A stretch of 64,000 bases of DNA, taken from Guillardia theta CCMP2712. Lineage: Eukaryota; Protista; Cryptophyta. Under the pieces are notes generated by a model. The model saw only the letters and a list, made by a program, of their open reading frames with translations. It was not told where the DNA came from and ran no database searches. The DNA is taken from NCBI RefSeq assembly GCF_000315625.1, contig NW_005434673.1, positions 1,102,302 through 1,166,301 on the forward strand. Reading direction: 5' to 3'. Positions 52,587 through 64,000 of this stretch are shown in pieces; the stretch's first letter is position 1; each line of letters begins with the position of its first letter. The translations under genes were made by a program, and so were the position numbers.

Positions 52587-53635
52587 TTAACCGGGCTTCA
52601 AACTTTGCTGCTGGTTGTAACAGCTGGTAGCTTCTTCCTTACTGACGGATTTTACAAAGACCAAGGAGGAGATTGGAACGGCAAAACGTGCCTGAAAGAT
52701 CCTGGAACAGATCATCACTACAAGGACCAAGACTCAGAGATCAGCTCCCACCTGCGTAACGAGCTGTAGACACCAGCGTCATCGACCTCTCTGAACCCGT
52801 TCTTCTCGTACAGCCTGAGTGCACTCTGATTGTTCCCCTCCACAGACAGGATCATCGCACCGAAACCTTTCTCATGCGCATAGCGAGTTACCGCCTTCAG
52901 CAGTCTGCTGCCGATGCCTCGCCGACGATACTTCGAGTCGACTAGAAAGTTGGAGATGTAGCAGCTGTTCTTGAAGGCTGACATAGAATGATGCTGGATA
53001 CTCTCTGTCACTCCCCTGATATCGTCCACATCCACTGCACCGACAGTCCTTCTGATCGTAACATCGGAGTACCGCTCTTGCAAACTCTGTACAGACTGAT
53101 CGAACATTTCTTGGCTCATGAATCTCGCGTCCAGCATTTCTTTCAAGTTTGAAAACTCTTGAAGATCTTCGACATTGAGAGGTTCAGATGACTCGATCGT
53201 TGCAAACAGTGCGGCTGTGCCGCAAGCCAACTTCTCGAGCTCTCGCAGGTACAGCCCTTGCCTTGAGAGCTCTGCTGTCCTAGCGCGGGGGGGACAAGCT
53301 TCTGGTTCTCTTGCTCGTAAAGAAGCGATGCTCCTTAGATCTCCCGCATCTGCTCTAGAGATCAGCAAAGTGGCAGGTTGGGATGGACCCATATCTGCCA
53401 TAAGAATTGAAGGCTGCGGGGCCTCGACAGCTCTCAGAGGCTGGGCATTCCGACATGACGAGCATTTGCCAAAGGAACAAAAGAATTGTCTTCTTTTCTG
53501 TGAGGTCATCACTCCAGGGACAACGCTGGCACTTGCCCAACCATGTACCTCTTGCAAGACAAGCAGCAACGCCACAAGAGAAGATGCAAGGATGGCTTTC
53601 CGATAGCACATGATTGAGAGACAGCAGGCGTCCAC
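52587..53635 (-). CDS. GNAT-family N-acetyltransferase with bipartite (plastid-type) presequence
   Basis: YISNFLVDSKYRRRGIGSRLL (motif A) and NQSALRLYEKNGF (motif B). Signal peptide VHG|W. A likely terminal intron at ~52703-52752 gives ...SSLVFVKSV...*. Confidence 0.88.
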
Positions 53636-54566
53636 TACAGAGGGTTCATGGCCTATCGAGGTCGAGATGTATGTGACTCTCTTTTAACGTCCTTCTTCCT
53701 CCCCCCGCACAGTTTCCTCCGAAGTTGCAAGCTCCTTCCCATCGCTTCGCCATATAAAAAGGTAGGCCAGCCAAGTAGCCGCTACTAGTAGGCGTTGGCT
53801 GACTCCTGAGCCGGGCCCGGGCCCGGGGGCCGATCGGACCCCGGCCCGGCCGCCGGGGGCGGCCCGGCGCCGGGCCTCATGGCAGGACGTCACAGGCCGG
53901 GCGGCCGCACCGTGCAGTGCCTCAGACGGGCGGCCCGGACCCGGGCCTCCACGGTGACAAGGCGAAGTTCTGATCTTTTAGTCTTAGTGCAGCCTTCAAG
54001 TTACCGTAAGGCAAAGTTTGCGGGGGACAGCAACCAGGATAAGGCCCGGTTGGTTCAGGCTCGGAGGCTCGCTGTACGGCGGCGTACCGTGCCTGTGAGT
54101 AGTAAAGACTGAGTGCTACCTCACAGTGACTCGGAGACAGGCTTGGCCCGGTGGCCTGGCCCGGCTCACGCCGGTACTACTAGTATGCGGCCGTGCGCTG
54201 CGGCCCGGCCGGCGGCCCCGGTCCCGGTCCGCTGGTCTGAGCGGAGCCTCGGAGTCGACGGTCCGACGGTCCGCCGCCCGGCGGCGGGGGGGGGGCCGGC
54301 CCGGCCGGGCGATCATCGCCGGGGCCCGGGGGTCAGAGTCGAGTCACCAGTCGGGTTAATTTTACTCAAAGTTAAGTTAAAAATCAGTACGTGGACAGTC
54401 GGGTCGATTGGTATGGCGAGTGGGACGAGAGGTGCAGGGAACAGTCGGGTAGACAAGCAGTCTGAGAAGAGCATGAGAGAGAGGGAGGAATAGGAGACAA
54501 GTGGAGGAGACGAAGCATGAGCACTTAAGGACGTTCCTCATCTCTTCAAGCCCTGCCTGGCTGGAA

Positions 54567-57390
54567 ATGTCTCGATTAGGACTTCAATTGCTATGCCTCG
54601 TCTTGTTTCACGGCCTGAAGGCTTGTGCAAGAAATCTCGACAGCAGGACATGCTTTGAAAGGGTGATGCCTGATGTTTCTCTCCGTAAGAACCTGACTCA
54701 GTATCGCCAGGTTGTAACAGGACAGGTCGCTTTGAACCATTGCGAGAAAGCAAGCTCAGAGCTGCTTCATATCCTTGCTGACCACCTGTCAGGTCACTCA
54801 AGGTGACTATGTGCATGATGTTAGATAGTATGCTCAATTCAGAAGCAGCGGATGTCTAGCAGAGACATGGATCCTCCTCGGGACCAGGTTTCATGACATC
54901 CTCTCGTTCCCAGACGAGGTAGGAGCGCTGGGGTGAGGGCATGTGCTGAGACTTGCAAGCGAAGGCGATCACGTCTGAGCGACTGTCTGCCGCTCGTTGT
55001 GATGGTCGGAACGTTCCAAGGCTGTGGAAGCCCTACGTCTCACATGCCATGCGAGCGATCGTGACGGGTCTGAGACTGCTGAGCGATGTCAAGGAAGGTG
55101 CTGGGAGTGGTGGATGAACGAGGAGGTCTGGCTGATGTCTCGCAGCTCCAAAGCAAGGTACTCACGCGGCATTGTCTCTTGCACGCGTGCTGCTGCATCC
55201 TTGCACGCTTGCAGACAAGGTGAAGCGCTTCTCTCTTCACCCCACTGGCCGCCTGCCCTCACATAGCGCAGGCATCCCATCCCTTCCTCCATCTCGTCCA
55301 CAAGTACGCGTGGTCCAACCAAGCCGAGAAGAGCTCCGCCCTAGACCAGAGCATAACGGAAGCGAAAGCTCTGAGGAACGCAGGACGATGCAAGGAGGCG
55401 GTGAGAGGAAAGCGCTGCACTTGCTTGTGAGATGAGCTTGTACGATACGCCAAGGTCGAGGCGATTCATGCAACTGCTAAGCGACATTCCTCGTCGATGA
55501 ACGTCTGGTACAACCTGCAGGTCCTCCCTCTCCTCTCTTCTCGTTGTTGCCAATCGTGTTCAAGGTGACGATGATGGAGTGTCGGCTATGGAACTTCACT
55601 TTGGAAGCGAAGACGCCGTTGGAGGCTATGCCTAGGAAGAAGGAGATAGGTGAGGTGAAGGAAGAGGCCGAGGCGATGGATACGTGTAGGGGATAGTTCA
55701 AGAAAACACGAGGATGAAGGGGTTGCTGATGATGACCTAGCAGACAGCTGCGGCAAGAGCAGGGCGCTGGTGAGCGCGGCTTCTCATGAATATTTTGAAA
55801 GATTAGCAAACCTTGTGAGATCAGTCGGCCACTCTTCCTTTCTGACTGAGAACAGGTCGGATCCATCCATGTTTGGGCTTCAGACATCCCAATCGTTGTG
55901 TACGACGTCGGGTTGACGGAGAGACAGGTTGCGATGCTCACGACACGCACCTTGACCAATACAAGAGCGCAGAATCAACAGCTTCAGGGGTGGAGGAACG
56001 TCTCTGTTCGCAAGTTGGACTTCAGCAAACTTCCTGAGCACGTCCGGTAGAATCGTCGGGGAATTTTGAGAGGACGTGAGTGTGGGGCAGGTGGACGGGA
56101 TGGGAAGAGAGCACCTACGCGTTCAAACCCATCGTGATCCGGAAGGCTCTGACGGACTATCAGTGTATTCTATGGTTGGACTCTGGTAAGGGGAGGGGCA
56201 GCAGGACGGAGAGGAGGAGGTCATGAGGTTCTGACCACAGGAGCAGGGATCGAGTTGCGGAGAGACGTCTCCTGGGCCTTCGACTGGATGGGGGAAAGAA
56301 AGGCTCTCTTCCTCGCTTCCGGGTCACCCTTCCACCATACCGTGAGGAGCTGACGAGCTTTCAGGTGGCCCTTTCCTAACTCCTGGGTACACCCGCAATC
56401 CCTTAGGAGTCTCAACGTGACGGAGGAGAGGTGGGGTACTTAGAGGAGGCGTCGCTCTTGACGGCTCCTTGAGCAGCAGCTCGTTTGGGGTCTTTGCGGA
56501 CGAGAAGGGGCATGCGTCGCTGGAAGTCTGGAGTGAGTCAGCCGCCTCCTGCTCGTGGTCTCTCCTAACGCCGAGACGGCAGGTGGCGTCGTTGGTTTCA
56601 ACCAGGCAGACGCGAAGATGATGAGGCTGGTGGTGGAGCCGTGGTATGAGTGCGCATTGAACAGGTTCCATCTCCTCGCTCTCCTTCCTTGTCCCTTTCC
56701 TACCTTGTCCCTCTCCTTCCTTCTCACCCTCCTTACCTTCGTTCTCTCCCTGCTTCTCCTCTCCAACTTCTCCATCAACTTGTCCCTCAGAGAGTGTATT
56801 GCTCCCCTTGGATCCAACAAGACCAATCATCGGCAAGATCAAACCATCCTGAGCATCCTCTTCTACAAGCATCGAACTTCCCTTAGCAAGTATGTTTCCC
56901 TCTTGACCTTCATGTACTGACAGCTATTTCAGACCTGTGGTCTTCACCAGCACAAGATTGAGAGCTTTCGCCCCGGCCCACATCAATGTCGTTCTCCTAT
57001 CGTGGCTTACAGTTTCTAACCCTCCCTCCAGCTCCTCACAAGAGACGAGACTGCTTTCAACGAGGTTCCCTCTTACTCTCCTTCCTCGTTCTCTGACCTT
57101 CAGACAAGATTCTCCTCTTTCAACGCCGCGGTCACCAGCCATGGCCATACGCACGACATCTCTCCCGTCTAGCGAAGTGACACAGGGGACAAGAGCTGCA
57201 TGTCGGCAGCGTCAATACACTCACGTCTCCCTCGTCTCCCTCGTCTCACCTGCCCCCGAGACTTTCTGACGTGCCTGACTGACCTCAGAGTCACTGTATG
57301 CGGATACCTGACCGAAGAGGAGTCTAGTCACAGGATACTCTTGATCCAGTGAGGCAGGCTTGTTCGGCCCCGGGGGTCTACTAAGAGGTC
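54567..57390 (+). CDS. secreted DUF1647-like putative glycosyltransferase, multi-exon
   Basis: Signal peptide; PIVVYDVGLT, LDFSKLPEHV, YAFKPIVI, ILWLDSG, PWYECALN|ECIAPLGSNKTNHRQDQTILSIL. 3' end approximate. Confidence 0.75.
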
Positions 57391-57847
57391 TGTACAGCAA
57401 CTGAGCTTGCTAGCTAGTCCCCTGAATCAGTCAAAGGGGGCAGTAGGCGTGTATATCTCAATTCAGTATGATTTTGAATTTTGAGCCTACACGCCTGAGG
57501 CGGGCTGCGCGTAGTACCAGGAAAGAGCCTCCCCGACTCGCCCAGTCTGACCGCTCCATGCACAGAGGTCCTCCCCTCTCCTCCATCCAGACGCCCCCCC
57601 TCCCACCCCACCCCCCTCCCTCTTTCCGACTTACTTGCACCCCTCCCCTCCCTCCACCCCTCCCCTCCTCCTCTCCCCTTCTCCTGCCTTTCCCGCCCCA
57701 TCGTCTCTGCGCAGCTTCAGTCTGCTCGCCGAAGCTCCTGCAGACCTTCATCGCTGCTCTTCGGCTCATCCTCTGCAGCCAGACTTCACATCATGTACTC
57801 ATCCTGATAGACAGGAAGTAAGTCACTTGCTCTTGTGAGGATCGCGC

Positions 57848-59167
57848 AATGTTGTTGCGACCTTGTTGATGCCATGTTTTCAGAATCAACTTCCTCCGCT
57901 GCAAATCAAACAAGACAACAACGTTTTCATTCGTTTCCTACACATCTTTGGGAATCTCCGCCCTGAAAAGCCCTTCAAGGTCACCGAGGCGACATGTCCA
58001 GCTTTGTTCGTCTGGGGGAAGGAAGAAAGCACCCGATCTATCCCGTCATAGCCAACAGACTCTACTTCTGCATAGGGATAGATGACTTTGTGAAGGCGAG
58101 GATTAAGGTCTGCAAGGACACAGTCTTCATCTCCTCCGATCTTCAGGTCTGTTGCAACAAGCAGCCTCCTCGCACTCACGACCTTGCCTCTCTCACAGGA
58201 CAGCTACATCCCCTTCTGCGACGACTTCGGTCCTCTCAACCTCGGCACGGTCTACAAGTTCTGCAGGACCATGGAGGGGCTGCTGCAGCGACCTGACTGG
58301 CTGAGACACAAGCTCATCTACTTCTGCCCGTTGCATCCGAGGGTGTGCACAAACGCTGCGTTCCTCCTCTCTTGCTACATGCTCCTGTGCCGAGGAGCTT
58401 CGGCCAAGGAGGCGGTAGCTCCCTTTGCTGACATCCAGCCACGGCCCTTCCTGCCCTACAGGGACGCGACGTTTGTGCGATCTGACTTCGACCTGGAGTT
58501 TGAGAGCTGCGTCAAGGGGGTGGATAAGGCGGCCAGGAACGGCTGGTTCAGCATGAGCAAGTTCGACCTGATCAGGTATGACAAGCTTAGCGACCCGCTG
58601 TTCGCCGACTTGCACGAGCTCTGCCATAAGTTCGTGGCCTTCAAGGGCCCCGTGCAGCAAGGGGAGGGCGTCTTCGATCATCGTCCTAACAAGTTCGTCA
58701 GCATCTTCAAGGAGTTGCGAGTTACGGCTGTCGTTCGACTGAACGAGGTCCGCTACTCTTCCAAGATCTTCACGGACAACGGTATCCGCCATTACGACCT
58801 CTTCTTCGAGGACTGCAGCGTACCTCCCCCCAACATCATCTCCTCCTTCTTCGACATCTGCGACCGAGAGCGCAGGGTCGCTGTCCACTGCTTCGCCGGG
58901 CTCGGGAGGACGGGGACACTGATCGCCCTGTGGATGATGCGCCACCACGGGATGTCGGCGGACGAAGCCATGGGCTGGCTGCGGGTTGTGCGTCCTGGTT
59001 GTGTCATAGGAGAGCAGCAGCACTTTCTCAAGTCCTGCGAGCACATGCAGTGGCAGGGAAACTACTGCGCGACCCCAGAGGCGAGAAAGAGCTCGTGGAG
59101 GCAGAGCATGTGCGCGAAACAGCTCAAGGAGGCGATGAGCAACAAAAGGAGGGCAAGGCAGCAGTGA
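57848..59167 (+). CDS. CDC14: Cdc14-family dual-specificity phosphatase
   Basis: NRLYF, YIPFCDDFGPLNL, NAAFL, PYRDA, KFVAFKGP, VVRLN, DLFFEDCSVP, HCFAGLGRTG, WLRVVRPGCVIGEQQ. Start uncertain. Confidence 0.92.
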
Positions 59168-59269
59168 CAAGAGAGGAAGAGAGGCGAGGCGAGGAGGATT
59201 GTGTATAGTGGTGACATGTTTGTTATTATACATCTCTACACTTGTTGATCTTTTGGTGTCAGTCGTCCT

Positions 59270-60382
59270 GCCAAGTAGTCAGCTGATGGAACAATCTTTT
59301 TCACGTCCTCCTATCCCTCTGCTCCTGCCCCAACCTTCTGCTCCTGCTCCTGCCGTCTCCTCCATCCCGCCTCCCCCCTCTTCCTTCCCCCTTCCCTCTC
59401 GCTCCCTTCCTCCTCCCTGACCTCGTTGTCCCAGGGGCTCATGTATTCGTCCGCCTCATCCGCCTCGAACGTGTCCTCGCTGTACTCAGCCGGCTTCCTG
59501 CTCTCCTCCAGCAGCGAGCTCGAAGTCTGCGGCCTTGTAAGCCACCTGCTGAGGCAGGTCATGGGCGGACTCGCCTGCATATAGTTCCTTCCCGAGCTGG
59601 CCTGCAGCTGCCTGCAACCCCTCCGTTATTCTCCTCCTCCTCCTCCTCCTCCTCCTCCTCCTCCTCCTCCTCCGTTATTCTCTTCCTCCGTCCTCCTCCG
59701 CCCGCCGCTCACCTTCGCTCCATGCGCGACTGCAGATACATGTCCTGCCGCAAACTTGAGGTCGTGCACAAGCTCTGCTGTTCTTACTGTTGGGGTTATC
59801 GGCGTCTCCTCCAGCGAGCGCGAATGGTTGCCCATCCTCGACCTCATGCGGATCGTCGGCCGCATGTTGGAGACGCGCTGAATGCTGGAAAGATATGAGA
59901 AAGAGAGGGGAGGGGAGGGGACACGGAGATGACACCGAAGGAGAAGGAGAAAAACCAGATGGAGTAGCAGGAAGTTTGGAAGGGAAGGAGGGAGGGAGGG
60001 AAGGAGGGAGGGAGGAGCAAGATCTTACTGTCGCAGAATCTGAGGGCTCTGAAGGACCTGCTTGTAGTTTGGAGAGGAGGAGGAGGAGGAACTGGCAAAC
60101 GAGGTGAGGACAGGACAGGACAGGCGTCACCTTACTTCATCTTCATCCTCCGCTGCTCAGACGGGAGTGAAGGCGATCCTTGCTGCTGCCCTGAGGAGCG
60201 TGTCTTGGAGTTCCTCTGCACTGTGGGAGAGAGACACCGAGTCTCGTGCTCTATCTTCCCCTCCTCCCTCCTCGTTGCAGGAGAGAAGGCCCCGCTCCTC
60301 TGATCTGCTTTCTCCTCCTCCTTTTCCTTTCTCCTGCCCTTCCCGCCCAATCCTCTTCCTCCATTCCCCTCGTATTGCCTCG

Positions 60383-60414
<32 letters not shown>

Positions 60415-61419
60415 TCTCCTTCTCCTTCTCCTGCTCCTGCTCCTTCTCCTGCTCTGCGCGCTCTGCTCTCTCGTCGTCATCGGATGCTGCAGTGATGTCG
60501 AGGGAGGGCGAGGAGATGGTAAGAGCCACGAGCTCCTCATGCATGCTCTTGTTCTCCGTCTCTCGTACCTGCGAGGAGGATGAGGAGCGTGAAGAGGAAG
60601 GAGAGGAAGACAGCGGTGGTGCTTGTGAGGAAGAGAAGGGGGAGGCGGGGGGGTGTGGGAGGAAGGAGGAAGAGAGGAAGGGGGTGGGGAGGGGGCATGG
60701 TTTGAGTTGAGGAGGTGGAGGGGTTGGAGGAGTCTGACTAGATTTCACCTTCTTCATCAGCTGCTGAGATCTCGGAGACAGGAGAGAAAGTAGCCTCGGC
60801 TATCAAGACGTCAGCACAACAGCACGATCTTCTTCCCACCCTTCCTCTTTCCTCTTCCTCTTCCTCTTCCTCTTCCTACCCCTGTGTCCTCCCTTTCTTT
60901 CCCCTTCTCCTTCCTCTTGTTGTTGCCTCCTCTGCTCTGCTCCTGCTCCTCTTCATCTGTCTCATCCTCGTCATCGCACCTCCAGCTGATCTCTCGTCTT
61001 GGTGGGAAGCGAAGCATTTTTTTGTTGGAGTTTCGACTTTGCTGAGATTCTTTGAAGGCAAGCTTTGTCTGTCTGCAGCGCATGCTCCTGTTGAGGTGAC
61101 AGATCATGAGGAGAAGAAGAAAGAGAAGGAGCAGGAAAAGAGCGACACAGGTGGAGTGAGAACAAGACAAGAATTAAGAACATAAGAGCAAGAGGAAAGA
61201 AGGGAGAACAAATACAAGAAAGACATGAAGTGAAGTCAACCAAGGAGTGATAAGACAAGTGGGAAAACATTCGAGCTTCACCTCAGCCATCAGGTTCGAG
61301 TTCATCTCGTTGATGTCTTGCTCAAGATCCATCGCGTTTGCTAGAGTCTCTCCTACCTTGAAGGGGGTGAGGGAGGAGGAGGAAAGGAGGGGAGGGAGGA
61401 AGAGGAGGAGGAAGAGGAG

Positions 61420-61450
<31 letters not shown>

Positions 61451-64000
61451 GAAAACCTTCTCCTTGTACCGACTGATGTCAAACTTTGCGAGCCTCTCTT
61501 TCAGTGCTGACGATCGGAAACTTGATCCCCGACGTGAGTGTATGAAGTTGGAAGTCTTATCCTGCATGAAAGAGTGTCATGAAGACGATTGATTGTGACG
61601 ACGACGATGACGACGACGACGATGGTGGTGGTGGTGGTGGTGGTGATGATGATGATTATGATGGTGGTGGTGATGGTGATGATGATGATGATGATGATGA
61701 TCATGATGGTGATGGTGATGGTGATGGTGATGATGACTGTTACATGATGGTGATGGAGATGGTGGTGATGATGACGATGATCATGATCATGATGATTGCA
61801 GTTGTGTTGCAATTGCGCACCTTCTTTTCAGCCTTGTCCACATTTCTTTCCTCACTCTCTTCTCTCTTATGAAATCGAGTGATAAGCCTGTCCTGCTCCA
61901 ATAATTCACCCCCTTTCCTCCTCCTCCTCCAGCTCCTCCTCCTCTTCCTCCTCCTCCTCCTCCTCCAGCTCCTCCTCCTCCTCCTCCTCCTCCTCCTCCT
62001 CCTATCTCACCTCCACCTCCATCGACAAGGACGATATGGTAGCCATGCTATCCTCGTTCCGAATCCCCAGGACTGTCGAGCTTCTCGGAGCCTCTTGCCT
62101 CTCACCCGAAACCTTGCTCTGCCACTACCCTTGAGGAGGAGGAGTGGAAGAGAGGAGGAGGAGTGGAAGAGAGGAGGAGGAGGAGGAGGAGGAGGAGGAG
62201 GAGGAGGAGGAGGAGGATGACAAACCTTCACACGACTTTCTCGTGAGAAGTAGAGCGGTGCGGTGCAATCTGACGCACAAGATGTAAGAGCAGCAGGAGA
62301 AGTAGGAGAAGAATTAGGATCATCTATTCATCTTACCCAGCAAAGATTTCTGAGCCAGACGTAGATCGTCGTTTCCAAGTCTAAGGCAGCAAGACGTGCA
62401 AACCTGAAGGGAACGAGAGGAGAAGATGAAGGAGGGAGGGAGGGAGGGAGGGAGGGAGGGAGGGAGGGAGGGAGGGAGGGAGGGAGGGAGGGAGGGAGGG
62501 AGGGAGGGAGGGAGGGAGGGAGGGAGGGAGGGAGGGAGGGANNNNNNNNNNNNNNNNNNNNNNNNNNNNNNNNNNNNNNNNNNNNNNNNNNNNNNNNNNN
62601 NNNNNNNNNNNNNNNNNNNNNNNNNNNNNNNNNNNNNNNNNNNNNNNNNNNNNNNNNNNNNNNNNNNNNNNNNNNNNNNNNNNNNNNNNNNNNNNNNNNN
62701 NNNNNNNNNNNNNNNNNNNNNNNNNNNNNNNNNNNNNNNNNNNNNNNNNNNNNNNNNNNNNNNNNNNNNNNNNNNNNNNNNNNNNNNNNNNNNNNNNNNN
62801 NNNNNNNNNNNNNNNNNNNNNNNNNNNNNNNNNNNNNNNNNNNNNNNNNNNNNNNNNNNNNNNNNNNNNNNNNNNNNNNNNNNNNNNNNNNNNNNNNNNN
62901 NNNNNNNNNNNNNNNNNNNNNNNNNNNNNNNNNNNNNNNNNNNNNNNNNNNNNNNNNNNNNNNNNNNNNNNNNNNNNNTCTCTTCTTTCTCCTCTCTCCT
63001 TCCTTCCTTCCTTTCCCTTTCCCCTCCCTCCTCCTCCTCCTCCTCCTCCTCCTCCTCCTCACCTTGTGTTCCCGCATGACGGCGGTATGCAGAGTGGGGT
63101 CGATGATTCTCAGGAGGGACATGAGAGGTACAGGAAGGAAATTTTCTTCCTCTGTTGTCCCCATCCTCCCGCACGCAGGACAGCTGTCCTCCCCTTGTTG
63201 CTCATCAGAACTGTCTCCTCCCTTCCTCTCCTCACCTAGCAGCTTCAAGGCAGAGCTCGCGTCCTTGGGGAGGGGGGGGAGGTGAGTGGCGACGCTGGGA
63301 GTGAGAGGGCGAGCAAGGGAGGGAGGCTGGGAGGATACGGACTCGGAGAACTGCAAGACCGAGCACCAGAGGAACCAGAGCTGAGAGAAGGTTAGGAGAG
63401 GAGACAACTAGAAGGTAGGAGGGGGAGGAAGGAGGAAGGATGAAGGAGCAAGGAGCAAGGAGGAATTGAGGAGGGGGGGATGGAAGAGGGAAGGAAGAGA
63501 TAGGACGGAGGAGGAAAGCAAGGAAGAAAGGAAGATGAAGTCTAAAGCAGGAGGAAGGGGGAAGAAAGAGACAGGAGGGAGGAAATCAAAGGAGGAAGAA
63601 GGCAATAGAGAGTTTGGAGGAGGAGGAGACTAGGTAAGAGGAGAAGAACCTTGCCATCTTTGCCAAGTTTGAAATACAAGATGCCTCTCCTTAGCTTCTT
63701 CGACTTCGGGAGCTGCTAAAAGTCAAACCTCGTCCCCGTCCTCGTCCCCGTCCTCGTCCCCGTCCTCGTCCCCGTCCTCGTCCTCGTCCCCGTCCTCCTT
63801 TCATTACTGATCCTATCTTTGCTGCCCCTGCCTTTCCTTCCTCCCCCTCCCCCTCCCCTCTCCCCCTCCATTTCCTCGTCCTCCTCCTCCTCTCAAGACG
63901 GACCTGTTTTGTCACGCAAGATAGAAGAGAGTTGACGGTGTCCGAAATCTCGTCTCTTAGATCCTACGATGAAGTAAGAAGAGGGGAGAGGAGAGGAGAG
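59270..64000 (-). CDS. large low-complexity / coiled-coil multi-exon gene, partial, spanning the gap
   Basis: Series of minus-strand exon-like segments bounded by GT/AG, for example VGETLANAMDLEQDINEMNSNLMAEVKLE and VPLMSLLRIIDPTLHTAVMREHK. Introns are filled with simple repeats. Confidence 0.5.
62542..62978. other. assembly gap next to a (GGGA)n tract
   Basis: Run of N. Confidence 1.

Noticed and set aside
58193-59233. 346-aa antisense ORF over Cdc14, and similar shadow ORFs over the Kelch and PPR genes
   Set aside because: Expected shadow of GC3-rich coding sequence; no domain features.

Overview
Eukaryotic, intron-rich nuclear DNA with short GT-AG introns, (GGA)n/(CAT)n microsatellites in introns and bipartite signal+transit presequences. 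The style fits a cryptophyte alga such as Guillardia theta; this is an inference, not a database result. About 20 protein genes are supported: Kelch protein, glutathione reductase, ABHD11-like hydrolase, PHD protein, PDZ/coiled-coil protein, thylakoid-lumen-like protein, EGF-CUB-filamin-L-lectin surface protein, USP, PPR+SAM, CFAP96/C4orf47-like, C-type-lectin multi-TM protein, GNAT, DUF1647 glycosyltransferase-like, Cdc14 and several unknowns. Most notable non-genic signals: (1) three dispersed copies of a 45-nt unit, each exactly 18 nt downstream of a TATA-like box, with a 19-20-nt leader, a GT donor in a hairpin and an Sm-like U-tract, best read as miniature spliced-leader RNA genes, two of them head-to-head; (2) a decayed Fanzor/TnpB-like RuvC remnant at ~9.9-10.55 kb followed by AT-rich hairpins where an omegaRNA would sit, next to a PHD gene; (3) a near-perfect 742-bp inverted duplication of the Kelch gene; (4) an RLE-type non-LTR retrotransposon relic containing a 53-bp fold-back; (5) a recurring intergenic motif TTTACTCAAAGTTAAGT. 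Exon boundaries were read by eye, so multi-exon coordinates are approximate.
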